NCBI GenBank assembly: GCA_011364965.1
Contig: RDOB01000003.1
Span: 128,001 to 192,000 of the forward strand
Reading direction: 5' to 3'
From: Candidatus Heimdallarchaeota archaeon
GTDB lineage: Archaea > Asgardarchaeota > Heimdallarchaeia > Hodarchaeales > Hodarchaeaceae
Length of the DNA: 64,000 nucleotides
Position numbers and translations under genes: made by a program. This document shows, piece after piece, positions 10,152-20,205 of this stretch (within the stretch, counting starts at the first letter, position 1; every line of letters starts with the position of its first letter). The notes beneath the pieces are model-generated. The model saw only the letters and a program-made list of their open reading frames with translations, had not been told where the DNA came from and made no database searches.

Positions 10152-11141
10152 CTAAGAATGACCCAATATAGGATGCGGAACGTAATGTTCTTCTAACCGT
10201 CTAATATCATCCTCTGAAAGCTTAATTTCTAATGCCTCTACTGCTTGGTCGATATATTCAACTTTCGTTGCTCCAAGTATCGGAGCAGTGACATAATCCT
10301 TGCTAAAAAGCCATGCTAGTGCTATTTGTGCAGGAAATACCCCCTTTTCATGCGCAATCTCAATAAGTCGGTTTAAAACTTGAAAATCCTCTTTCCTAAA
10401 ATAACGGGATGTGAGATATTTATCTGAAGTACCACGAATAGAGGTTATTTCTTCCCCGCGTTTGTACTTACCTGATAAAAATCCCCGAGCTAGTGGTGAC
10501 CATGGTATCATTGCGATATTCTGATCCTTGCATAATGGGATCATTTCTCGCTCCTCCTCACGATAAACCAGATTATAATGATTCTGCATTGAGCAAAAAG
10601 GTTCTATTCCTAACTGATCTGCTATCCAAAGACTTTTCATGAATTGCCATGCAAACATTGAACTAGCGCCTATATGACTGATTTTTCCCTCTTGGATCAA
10701 ATAATTTAGTGTCTGGAGGACTTCTTGGTAAGAAGTATGGGGATCTAATCTATGGATCTGATATAAATCGATATTTTCCATATTCAGTCTTTCCAATGAA
10801 CCTTTAATGGCTCTTCTGATATGGTATCGGGAAAGTCCACTTTTATTTGGCTTTCCAGCGGCTTCATACCCTTCAATAGGAAAAAAAACTTTTGAAGCAA
10901 TCACAACCTCATCCCGATAAGGATTTAGTAATTTTCCCGTTATTTCTTCAGATTTTCCTTTTGAATAGACATCAGCGGTATCGAAAAAGTTAATACCTGC
11001 ATCTAAAGCCTTTTTAACTATAGGTTCGGCATCAGGTAGCGGTAGAATCCATGATGAAAATGTAGGATCCCCATAGGACATCATTCCCAAACATATACGG
11101 GATACTTTAATACCAGTATTTCCTAAATTTACATATTTCAT
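10152..11141 (-). CDS. Aldo/keto reductase
   Basis: GINFFDTADVY, DLYQIHR, QNHYNL, PWSPLARG. Confidence 0.95.
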   Translation of the reverse strand: MKYVNLGNTGIKVSRICLGMMSYGDPTFSSWILPLPDAEPIVKKALDAGINFFDTADVYSKGKSEEITGKLLNPYRDEVVIASKVFFPIEGYEAAGKPNKSGLSRYHIRRAIKGSLERLNMENIDLYQIHRLDPHTSYQEVLQTLNYLIQEGKISHIGASSMFAWQFMKSLWIADQLGIEPFCSMQNHYNLVYREEEREMIPLCKDQNIAMIPWSPLARGFLSGKYKRGEEITSIRGTSDKYLTSRYFRKEDFQVLNRLIEIAHEKGVFPAQIALAWLFSKDYVTAPILGATKVEYIDQAVEALEIKLSEDDIRRLEEHYVPHPILGHS

Positions 11142-11296
11142 ATATTAAGTCTAAATATTTCTACTAATTAAGTAATTATCTTAATATTGAGAAAGCTGGT
11201 CTACATATTAGCTAAACTGCTTTGATGGATCTATAGGAAATTCTTTTCAGCAAGCCTAAAAGACATACGTTAGAAATTTTTGAGGATGAAACTATT

Positions 11297-12460
11297 ATGA
11301 ATCTTGAAAAAATAAGATCAGATTTTCCGATAACCGATAAAGCAATATATCTGAATCATGCAGCTATAGGCCCCTCACCGATGCCAGTTATTGAGGAGAG
11401 TCAAAAATGGTTAATTAATTACAAGACTTATGGAGAATTATTTTTTCCCTCACTCGCTGATCAACTTGAAGAGCAGAATATTCATCGAAAAACGGTTGGA
11501 AGTTTTATTAACGCTAAAGTTCCAGAAGAAGAAATCGCTTTCACATATAACACTTCCTATGGGCTATCCGCTATCGCTGAGGGAATTCAGTGGGAGAATG
11601 GACAACAGATTATTCTAAATGATCTTGAATATACATCAAATTCATATACATACCAAGCCCTAGCTAAAAAATATAATTTAAGCATTGATATTATTAATAA
11701 CAAACACGGTATTCTCCCTCTAGAAGATTATGAAGAAAAAATTCACGATAAAACACGTCTTATTGCAGTTTCTCACGTTCAATTTAGCAATGGTTTTCGC
11801 TCTGATCTCGGATCCCTCGCACGCCTTGCTCATGAAAATCAAGCTGAAATAATAGTAGATGCTATTCAATCTCTCGGTGCAATTCCTGTCGATGTTCAAG
11901 AAGATCAAGTTGATTATTTAGCAGCAGGAGGATACAAGTGGCTACTCGGACAGTTAGGTACAGGATTTCTATATGTAAAACGAGATCTAGCAGAAAATTT
12001 AAATCCAACCTTCATTGGTTCGATGTCAGATGCTTCTGCATTAAGCTTATCTCATCATGTTTATCAGCCTGCTACTGGAGCGAGACGTTTTCAGGCTTCT
12101 CTTGGACCCAATGCTAATTTACTAGCCAAATCAGTGGACTACATCTCCAAAATAGGAAAAATGAATATCTTTAAACACATTATGAAGCTTACAGATTTAT
12201 TAATAGACTTGATATTCCAAGAACCAAATTTTAAGCTGAGGTCACCAGTGGATAATGCTAATCAGAGGAGTGGAATTATAAACTTCGTTTGCCCTAATGC
12301 TGAATTAGTAGTTTCAAAACTGCGAACTCTTCCTAAACCAATAGCAATTTCACTCCGAGAAGGAGGGCTAAGAATATCTCCGCACTGCTATAATACAGAG
12401 GAAGAAATAAAATTGGCTTTTGCTAGAATTAAAGAATTTTCAAGAGGAATTGGACAATGA
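11297..12460 (+). CDS. PLP-dependent aminotransferase class V (cysteine desulfurase/C-S lyase-like)
   Basis: YLNHAAIGP, VDAIQS.G, GYKWL (PLP lysine), LRISPHCYNT. Confidence 0.9.
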   Translation: MNLEKIRSDFPITDKAIYLNHAAIGPSPMPVIEESQKWLINYKTYGELFFPSLADQLEEQNIHRKTVGSFINAKVPEEEIAFTYNTSYGLSAIAEGIQWENGQQIILNDLEYTSNSYTYQALAKKYNLSIDIINNKHGILPLEDYEEKIHDKTRLIAVSHVQFSNGFRSDLGSLARLAHENQAEIIVDAIQSLGAIPVDVQEDQVDYLAAGGYKWLLGQLGTGFLYVKRDLAENLNPTFIGSMSDASALSLSHHVYQPATGARRFQASLGPNANLLAKSVDYISKIGKMNIFKHIMKLTDLLIDLIFQEPNFKLRSPVDNANQRSGIINFVCPNAELVVSKLRTLPKPIAISLREGGLRISPHCYNTEEEIKLAFARIKEFSRGIGQ

Positions 12461-12636
12461 AACATTTGTATCGCTCTTCATTAATTAACCATTTTCCGTT
12501 TTTGTCTCTTGTTTTAATGATTTTATTTCTTTTATTTATTGATTTATTTATCCTAAATAATGTTTTTTACGTGCTAACAGTAGTTCTATTAACCCTAGTT
12601 ATTTTTCTCATTGAAATTTTTAGGAGATCGACATAA
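12457..12636 (+). CDS. Small 59-aa two-TM membrane protein (absent from the ORF track)
   Basis: ATGA overlap with the upstream stop, GAGGA SD; MKHLYRSSLINHFPFLSLVLMILFLLFIDLFILNNVFYVLTVVLLTLVIFLIEIFRRST. Confidence 0.6.
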   Translation: MKHLYRSSLINHFPFLSLVLMILFLLFIDLFILNNVFYVLTVVLLTLVIFLIEIFRRST

Positions 12637-12714
12637 ATGCCTCATGAAATTTTTTTACAGTAACTGCTCTATTTGGAACAATTTTATTAATGCTACATTC
12701 AAATCACACAAGAA

Positions 12715-13040
12715 AGTCATATGGCGTGTAATTCGAGTGCAACCCATTCATGCCATTCAAACAGGAGTAAGAATAGGAGCTGGAAGGGGATTCTCCCGAT
12801 TCTTAACCTACTTGAGGTTACCTGGTTCAATTTTTCTTCAAATCCCATTTCGTAACTTAACATGGAATTTGAGAAGAACTCTCTTTACTTTTGGAGGGAT
12901 CGCACTCGCCATCTGCGTCTTAGTGGGAGTAATTAGATTTGTTGATGGAGCAGATACATTATTAGCAGATGAACAGACCCTCATCAAAGGCACATCAGAG
13001 AACCGTATCGATGTCCTTCTCAATAATTTCTATAAAAAAG
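12715..13040 (+). pseudogene. Internal fragment of a FtsX/MacB-type ABC permease
   Basis: WRVIRVQPIHAI...PFRNLTWNLRRTLFTFGGIALAI is the junction of duplicated FtsX halves; both ends missing; boundaries approximate. Confidence 0.65.
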
Positions 13041-13065
13041 ATCAGTGGACGGTTTTCCGCAAATC

Positions 13066-13362
13066 ATGTCAAAATTTCACTCCATTAATGGGTTCCTTTC
13101 TCTTATTGAACTAATTGTTTTAATCGTTTTAATAGTTGTTATCTATGCAGCTCACAATGTTCATAAATTTTTTGATTATCCATCCTTACCCATAGATGAT
13201 CCGACCTTTTCAGTTGCTAAATATCCTCCCCCAAAGATGGTGTGTTCTTCCTGCCAGTCCACTTTGCAACTGAATTCGATATATTGTATGACCTGCGGAG
13301 CTGAGGTGCCAACACAGGAATCGTTTCAAGATACCGATCCTCCAAAATTAGGAAAACTGTGA
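13066..13362 (+). CDS. TM + zinc-ribbon protein, possibly a 5'-truncated remnant
   Basis: One TM helix, then CSSC...YCMTCG double CxxC. Confidence 0.55.
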   Translation: MSKFHSINGFLSLIELIVLIVLIVVIYAAHNVHKFFDYPSLPIDDPTFSVAKYPPPKMVCSSCQSTLQLNSIYCMTCGAEVPTQESFQDTDPPKLGKL

Positions 13363-13527
13363 AGATGAATTCTCCACAATGGGGTATAATCCTAGCAGGA
13401 TCAAGGCTGAATTGTGAAAATAAGTTCGCGATTATCACAAAAATATGAGTTGGAATATTTTGCCTCAATAGGTAGTAATCAGGATTGAGGATGAAAATAA
13501 TCTCTATTATTTCATTACCTAGATGCT

Positions 13528-13541
13528 TGACTAGCTAGTCA
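13528..13541. repeat. Perfect 14-bp palindrome TGACTAGCTAGTCA
   Basis: Read directly from the intergenic sequence. Confidence 0.6.
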
Positions 13542-13673
13542 GGTACTCCCCCTTGAGATTAATAGTCCTTACAAATCGAATCTCATAGGCAATGATGTAA
13601 AACTTTAAGTATATTCATTGACAATAGGGTATATTAAGGTGTGAGAGGAATATAAAGTGAGAGGGGTATAAAA

Positions 13674-14987
13674 GTGCAACCATGTGAAAAGTCTAATACA
13701 CTTGAGATTTCTCAAAGGATTGAAAAACCAGTAACACTATCTGAAAATTATCCACGAGAACGCAGCAAGAGTCAGATGGTAAGTCGAGGGGTGTTTGTAC
13801 TGCTTACTTGGTTTGTTATATACTTCTGTTTTGTAGATGCATATATAGTACTTAGAGGTTTCATCCCCTACAACCTGAATTCAATCCAAACATTAAGTAC
13901 TTTATTAGGAGTTCCAATTCAGCTCATCTTAACTGATTTCGTCAATATTTTTTACATCCCCCTATTTCGTCCTGACTGGTTCCAGAGGTTTCAATCATGG
14001 GACAAATATCTTATGTATATCAACGGAGCTCTCTTTATTTTGCTGAATATTGGATTTACTGGTGTAATTGTACTGATTAATCGAAAAAAATCCCGTTCAA
14101 CAATTAGCTTACCACGATTCTTTTTTTTAGCTTATATAGAAACCCTTTTTGTTTTCGTGATAATCAGTGGACCCAGTTATTTATGGGAAGTGCGTATTTG
14201 GACTTTGATTCATGGGAATATTGGAGATTTATTTCTTCTGTATCGAATGAATCCAGCACGGGGTTACTTGGGTTCTAACCTATGCTTCTTAATTGCGAGT
14301 TGCGTGAGTCTTTTATTTTTCCTAGCTGGTGAAAGAGTAACTCACGGAGGAACGATTTTTTTCCATTGGTGCTTAGCATACGCATTTCTATCTGGAGTAC
14401 AAACCCTTTTCCTGAGGGATTTTATTTTTATTACAGTAACACAGGAAATCTTCGTTGCTTATTTCCTACACGTACTTGCAGCGGTATTACTAAGTTCGCT
14501 TGTCTACTATGCGTTCAATATCGGTTTTTTTTTATATTTGATATTTTTTCCTGAACAGATGTCATGGCGGGGAGATTGGTTTTTCTACCTGTTTAACGAC
14601 GTTTTTTTCCTCCTGCAGAATCTTGGGTTCGCAGGTGTGATTTTTTTTCTCAATCGTTTACAACGTGATAAGCACCCCCCGATCAAGATAGTACCGTTCT
14701 ACTATCTATCATTACTGAGTACAGGCTTCTTCCACAGTGTGATGATACTGAAATGGAAAGATTTGTGGACACAAATGCCTTCACATGTCTATGATTCCTA
14801 TGCTATTGGATCAGTCGGATATCTTGTTGAGGGAATCATTGCACCCCTCAATTTGTGCTATTTTGCTGTGGCTTGCGTATGGATAGGACTCCTCCTAGCG
14901 TACACACGACGCGAAGGCTTCTTAAAACAAATTAGAGCCAATTTAGACACGAAGAGTTCAGAGGAGATTCCCAAGACTGGCAATTAA
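13674..14987 (+). CDS. Polytopic membrane protein with internal duplication
   Basis: Two copies of Y..N..F.L..N.GF.GVI...NR followed by a P.F..L segment. Confidence 0.75.
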   Translation: MQPCEKSNTLEISQRIEKPVTLSENYPRERSKSQMVSRGVFVLLTWFVIYFCFVDAYIVLRGFIPYNLNSIQTLSTLLGVPIQLILTDFVNIFYIPLFRPDWFQRFQSWDKYLMYINGALFILLNIGFTGVIVLINRKKSRSTISLPRFFFLAYIETLFVFVIISGPSYLWEVRIWTLIHGNIGDLFLLYRMNPARGYLGSNLCFLIASCVSLLFFLAGERVTHGGTIFFHWCLAYAFLSGVQTLFLRDFIFITVTQEIFVAYFLHVLAAVLLSSLVYYAFNIGFFLYLIFFPEQMSWRGDWFFYLFNDVFFLLQNLGFAGVIFFLNRLQRDKHPPIKIVPFYYLSLLSTGFFHSVMILKWKDLWTQMPSHVYDSYAIGSVGYLVEGIIAPLNLCYFAVACVWIGLLLAYTRREGFLKQIRANLDTKSSEEIPKTGN

Positions 14988-15074
14988 ATTAATCCCCACC
15001 TATTCCAGTAACTATCAGGATTCTTCTAATTTTCCTTTCTATCTTCAGTTTCCTACTATTTCTATAATAAGTTA

Positions 15075-16015
15075 TTATTTTGTTCCTTTTTGAGACAGCA
15101 TTGGAAAATACAATTTCTTCACATATTCTTTGAGCATTCGCAAGTAGAAAAAAGAGGAATAGAAGTCCGAGCTGCTTCACACATGACAGTAATCCAGTTA
15201 AAGGGGATATTATTTGATTCAAAATCATAATATAAGGGAATCACTGTCTCCTCTAGGATCTCGTACAAGCTTATGGCGTCTGCCCAATTTTAAGCAGCTT
15301 GATTACTTTCCTCAATATTTTCGGGGTTGATGGCTCAGCCATTAACACCATTAAATCCTTCAACCCACCATCCATCAAGAATAGAGAGATTTGGGACAAA
15401 ATTCATACTTGCTTTCATTCCAGACGTCCCTGAAGCCTCATTATAGCGTTTTGGAGTATTTAGCCATACATCTACTCCCTATAATAATGCTTTGGTCGTC
15501 TTCAGATCATAATTATCAAGAAAAGCAATTCTGTAACCTAATTTTGCAATTTTTGCATGATTATAGATTTCTTGAATTAATACTTACCCCGAATCATCCA
15601 TTGGATGAGTTTTACCCGCAAAAATAAATTATACTGGTCTATATGGGTCTTCTATCATTTTTTGAAGTCGTTGAAAATCTGAAAAGAGTAAAGTTGCTCT
15701 CTTCTATGTAGCAAATCGTCTTGCAAATCCTATAGTTAAAGTATCTGGATCTAAAGTTAACCCATTTACCAAAGCTGTTTCTATATTCCAATAACAACTC
15801 TTCAAATTAGTACGAGCATTCTCCCGGATGACTTTGAACAGTCGGCCTGTTGCAGTTTTATGATACTCCCAGATTTGATAATCACTAGTAGTATGTCGAT
15901 CGAGCATCTCCTCCCAAAACTCTGATTCATCGTGATGCTCCAACCAATTTTGGTTCACCATTCTATACATATGTTGGTAGATTTCGGTAATAAAACTCGG
16001 AGCATGCACCCCATT
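15075..16015 (-). pseudogene. glgP: Alpha-glucan (glycogen) phosphorylase pseudogene, C-terminal half
   Basis: [67 protein letters not shown]; six in-frame stops (15704, 15629, 15584, 15479, 15335, 15290) and a frameshift near 15140. Confidence 0.93.
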
Positions 16016-16056
16016 TTTTCGTTGTACATTGAGCTCATGCTGATCGGGGTCATGTA

Positions 16057-16296
16057 ATGATTGATTTACCTGGTTTGAAGACTGCAACACTTGATACCTA
16101 TACCTGTACGATTTATGGTTATACTGAATTTTATGCTGATCAACTTGGATTAGAAAACATAAAAAGTAGTGGACGATTCTTATCAAAGATATCTGATAGG
16201 GTTGATTATTCTACAAGATGGTGTTCAGACTGTGGTTCTTCAATCCCTCCTGAAGAAAAATTCTGTCCGAAATGTGGAAAGCAATTAAATTGGTGA
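16057..16296 (+). CDS. Short zinc-ribbon ORF, probably a truncated remnant
   Basis: CSDCG...KFCPKCGKQL at the C-terminus. Confidence 0.5.
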   Translation: MIDLPGLKTATLDTYTCTIYGYTEFYADQLGLENIKSSGRFLSKISDRVDYSTRWCSDCGSSIPPEEKFCPKCGKQLNW

Positions 16297-16502
16297 CTTT
16301 TTCTTTATTCCTTAGAAGGAACGTAAGCAAAACAGCTGTAATTGAAGATAGATCTTCCATTACTCGGAACCAAGCTCCTCTTAGAGAAGAAGAGGAATTA
16401 ATTGAATCTCTTTCGTTTTCTAATTATTTTGGAAATCGTCTCACTTGTCCAGTTTTAGAATTTGTTTCAATAAATGTTTAATTTCCAACTAGAATAGAAA
16501 AT

Positions 16503-17200
16503 CTAGAGCGATTTTTTTCGTTTAAACAGTATTAAGATGATGATTGCTGAAGATGAAATAATTAAAGGAGGCCAATCTGCTCTCGATGTTTTCACAGGAA
16601 TAACAACAAGAACAGTATCACTAATACTGTTTCCAGACTGATCGTATACTTTGCAGATATACGTATAATTACCAGGTGTTAATTCTTCAATCATTACTGT
16701 AATACTACTTCCATTCCAATTTCCAGATTCCATTAGAGAATTATTTCTCGTCTCTTGATACGAAGCAGGATGCAAATCAAATGGATTCCATGTAATTCTC
16801 TTTTCTATAATCCCTTCAACATATATGATGTCGAATGGATGATTTATACTAGGAGGAGTAGTGTCAATAACAGTTACTAAAACAGAGTTGCTAGCGTGAT
16901 TACCTGCATTATCATATAGTATACAGGTATACAGATAATCACCACATTGAAGACTATCGATACTAATCGTAATTGATTCTCCAAACCACGGTCCACTGAC
17001 AATTAGAATCCCATCCCTGTCTACTCGGAAGCTCTCTGCATTAAGGTCAAAAGGATTCCAGTTAAGGCTATTATTAAGTATACCCTCTTCATAAATTATA
17101 TCATCGGGATGATTGATAGTTGGAGGATTTTCATCTGAAATAATTACAACGACTGTATCTGTTATTGAATGTTCTGCTTCATCAAAAACTTCGATAATGA
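16503..17200 (-). pseudogene. 5'-truncated cell-surface protein with tandem Ig-like repeats and a C-terminal TM anchor
   Basis: Open frame with no real start: about 2.3 repeats of D..PP.INHP.DIIY.EG.....WNPFDL...YTC..YD..GN...; ends in hydrophobic stretch + KRKK; 5' boundary approximate. Confidence 0.8.
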
Positions 17201-17757
17201 AACCATATAAATTAATCCTTTTTTTCGGTGTAGGATTTATTTTTGGGATTTTAAGAGAGAATTTAATTCAGGTTCTTATTGAATTGGCAATTCTACCGTC
17301 ATTGTATACTTATTCTCTTCATTTTTTACGAATTTTGTATTCGCCAATAGTAATAGGAATTGGATGGATTTTTGCATTTTATAACGGTATGATAGTTGGA
17401 GAACGGTATTTGAAGTCTACTAATCCTGTAAAAACCAGTTTTTTGGCTGCTATTTTTGTTATGTTGGTCTCTTTTCCGATTGAAGTTACAGTAGTTGCAA
17501 TGAATTGGTGGATTTGGTAAATCCTGGGAATGCCCTTATTCATGGAAATTCCTTTAATGACTCCATTTGGTTGGGGAACCGCAGCATTTATTTTCATTTT
17601 CTCTTTCAAGCTGATTGATCAAAGAATAGAGAGAAATCAAAACAAAATCTTAATATTTTTAGGTTTGATAATTCCTTTGATTGGAGTCCATTTCACCATA
17701 ATTTTTGTTCTAAGAACAGCTTTTGTTGCCTTAGGTAACTTAGGAATACTACTCTGA
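17198..17757 (+). pseudogene. Carotenoid biosynthesis (CruF/DUF422)-like membrane protein with an internal stop
   Basis: ORFs 17113-17520 and 17530-17757 are in one frame, split by TAA at 17518 (WWIW*ILGMP); IGIGW and IPL.TPFGW motifs. Confidence 0.6.
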
Positions 17758-18408
17758 TTTTTCTGATGAATTAAAAGACTTCAACTTTTTCACTGGTACT
17801 CCGCCATATAAGCTATTAGCATCTAGTACCCAATTAGCAGGGACAGTAGATCCCATAGCGACAGTAGTATTATCTCCTATAATAACTCCTGGTAGAATTA
17901 CACAATATGCTCCAATGGTGACGTTTTTCCCGATTCTCAGTCGCTTTCTATACATCTTTTGACTTCGTATGTGGTGACCAGATACGATTGCACCAGTACC
18001 AATTAAAGAATTTTCCCCTACATCAATAAGATCTGGATCCCAAAGAGTTGTTAAGATTGAAACTCCTTTCCTTCGTTTGAATCCAAATAATTGATAAATG
18101 AAATCTGGGATAGGAGAGTGAATGAATAACTTTCTTGTTAAAGTGAGTGCTATATCTAGTGATGTAGCTTGAACAGTCCAGAGTATTAAATTTACTCCAG
18201 TTATTTCCCCTTCTTTAGTTCCCATGGCAATACGGGAAAGTTTATGAGCTGATGCTAATAAAACTAAACTCAATAAATATGTCACTGGAATTGAAATGAT
18301 TACAGAAGGCACTAATCCAAAAGCAAATGAATCAATTATTGTATAAACGAATAAAAACAAAATTAATAATGATAATGTCAAAAGCAATTGAATAGCAAAG
18401 AAAAGCAT
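17749..18408 (-). CDS. Membrane-anchored hexapeptide-repeat (left-handed beta-helix) acyltransferase
   Basis: Two N-terminal TMs; IGKNVTIGAYCVILPGVIIGDNTTV...GGVPVK. Confidence 0.85.
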   Translation of the reverse strand: MLFFAIQLLLTLSLLILFLFVYTIIDSFAFGLVPSVIISIPVTYLLSLVLLASAHKLSRIAMGTKEGEITGVNLILWTVQATSLDIALTLTRKLFIHSPIPDFIYQLFGFKRRKGVSILTTLWDPDLIDVGENSLIGTGAIVSGHHIRSQKMYRKRLRIGKNVTIGAYCVILPGVIIGDNTTVAMGSTVPANWVLDANSLYGGVPVKKLKSFNSSEKSE

Positions 18409-18430
18409 AATTTACACCATTTTTCACTTA

Positions 18431-20092
18431 TCAGATCATTTCAGGGTTTGTAGAGGGGGCAAGATGACCAAATACTTCCTCTGCAATATTAATTGCACCA
18501 TCAAATACAGATCGTGTACCATTCCACGTTTTTAATTCCTTTGAGTAGGTTTTACAAAATCTAGTCAGAAATTCAGTTAATGTTCTTTGAAGCTCAGGAT
18601 CCTGTTTATTACTAAATAAGGCAGCTGAAACACCTGTGTTCTTCTCTTTATCAGTTAATATAAAATGATTTCCGTGACGTACAAGGTTAAGGTCTCCTTT
18701 CTCCTTCATAGTTTCATTCATAAATGAAGCAACCGCAGTTAAGGCACCAGATAATAAAGTGAGTTCCGTTGAGATATCTATCTTTTGAAAACTGTAATCG
18801 AAGATAGGTAATCCACCTTCTTCGATAACAAGTAACAATGTAAAGTCAAGAGGTTTGTAACTGTCAGATACCCAAAATAAGGGGAAAGCTGCTAAAATAG
18901 CTAAAATAGTGATTAAATAGGTAATTATCTCCACGTTCTCAATTTCTGGAGGTAAGATCCAATAACCGATAATATAACCGATTCCCAACCCTACAACAAG
19001 GGATATAAATCCCATGGCGTAATATCGTCCTAAACCATCACGAGGTGACAAGTCGGCCCATAAAGAGGAATCTAAAGTGGGATGTAAAAATGAAAATGAT
19101 ACACCAATGCTTAAAGCAGCTACTATAAAGCTATTCGGGGTTTTTTCTAAACCAAAAATCAATGAAGCAAAAACAATTCCGTAGATTGCTACAACAATTA
19201 AATTTTTCCGTCCGAATCTATCCGTAAAGTATCCAGCAGGTAAAATTGCAAGTAGGTCTCCTACTAAAACAATGAACCAAAAACTCTTATCGATAGGAAG
19301 ATCAAATTCTCCAACGGATGGTATTTCTATAATCCACGAAATATTTAGCACTTCTGCTCCAAGTTGTGAAAAACTTGCAAGAACAATTCCCAACATTGTG
19401 TAGAGGAGGATATGTGTACTAAGATAAGCACGTACTGATCTTCTATTTATAATTTTATGAAATCGAGTAGGCCATTTATCATTTTTCCAACTTAACATAT
19501 TACGAGTTAATAAATAAAAACATATTGTAAGCAAAATGCCAAATATGCCCACAATAGATAATATACTCACAAAACTGTGACTTAAATATTCTGTATCATT
19601 GAATCTAGATGAGTAACCTCCCCCAAAGAGAATTGCTACTATGCCTAGGATAATAAAAGAAAAGATAATGTACGAATATATTCTTCCGCGTTTCCACATA
19701 TCAGAAAGACCAGCGAACAGAGTACCACTACTTGTTAATAGTAAACTAAAGAAAAATGCCAAACTAGCTAAACCTATTATTAAAAAAAGGCCTTCTTGCA
19801 AGACAAATACGAAAAATATTACACTCAAGGAACTACCTGACATTCCAATTAGAATAGATGTTCGTAAATATCTTGGTTCTTGATCCAATTTAACCCCCGT
19901 ATAATAAATTACAAAAATCACTAATATAAGTATCAAGATCAAAAGTAATGCTCCTAATCCTGCAAATGGATTATTAGCAGAGCTTTCTATATAATTAATA
20001 ATATCAAAAGAATAGATCAACACTAATAATGTGGCTAATAACCAAGTGAAAACACTAGGAATAATGACAATTAATTTGGTTCTTAATTTCAT
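18431..20092 (-). CDS. MFS transporter fused to a C-terminal longin-like domain (paralog A)
   Basis: About 12 TMs, motif A GYFTDRFGRK; last ~140 aa LLVIEEGGLPIFDYSF...LLSGALTAVASFMNE...FLTRF...WNG...F. Confidence 0.8.
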   Translation of the reverse strand: MKLRTKLIVIIPSVFTWLLATLLVLIYSFDIINYIESSANNPFAGLGALLLILILILVIFVIYYTGVKLDQEPRYLRTSILIGMSGSSLSVIFFVFVLQEGLFLIIGLASLAFFFSLLLTSSGTLFAGLSDMWKRGRIYSYIIFSFIILGIVAILFGGGYSSRFNDTEYLSHSFVSILSIVGIFGILLTICFYLLTRNMLSWKNDKWPTRFHKIINRRSVRAYLSTHILLYTMLGIVLASFSQLGAEVLNISWIIEIPSVGEFDLPIDKSFWFIVLVGDLLAILPAGYFTDRFGRKNLIVVAIYGIVFASLIFGLEKTPNSFIVAALSIGVSFSFLHPTLDSSLWADLSPRDGLGRYYAMGFISLVVGLGIGYIIGYWILPPEIENVEIITYLITILAILAAFPLFWVSDSYKPLDFTLLLVIEEGGLPIFDYSFQKIDISTELTLLSGALTAVASFMNETMKEKGDLNLVRHGNHFILTDKEKNTGVSAALFSNKQDPELQRTLTEFLTRFCKTYSKELKTWNGTRSVFDGAINIAEEVFGHLAPSTNPEMI

Positions 20093-20205
20093 AACTTTGG
20101 CTTCCTTCTAATTGATTTTAATTTCTGTATGTACTCATTTTTTCCTTTTCTTTCAATCTTTTAGCTTCGATTATTTAATCCAATAACCATGAATTGTCAG
20201 ATAAA

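Noticed and set aside
14989-15627. ORFs 14989-15228 (-) and 15391-15627 (+) as genes
   Set aside because: They are off-frame or antisense shadows of the glgP relic
15290-15706. Stop-codon recoding (Sec, Pyl or alternative code) in glgP
   Set aside because: TAA, TAG and TGA all occur at different expected residues, there is a frameshift and a 5' truncation, and other genes use all three as normal stops
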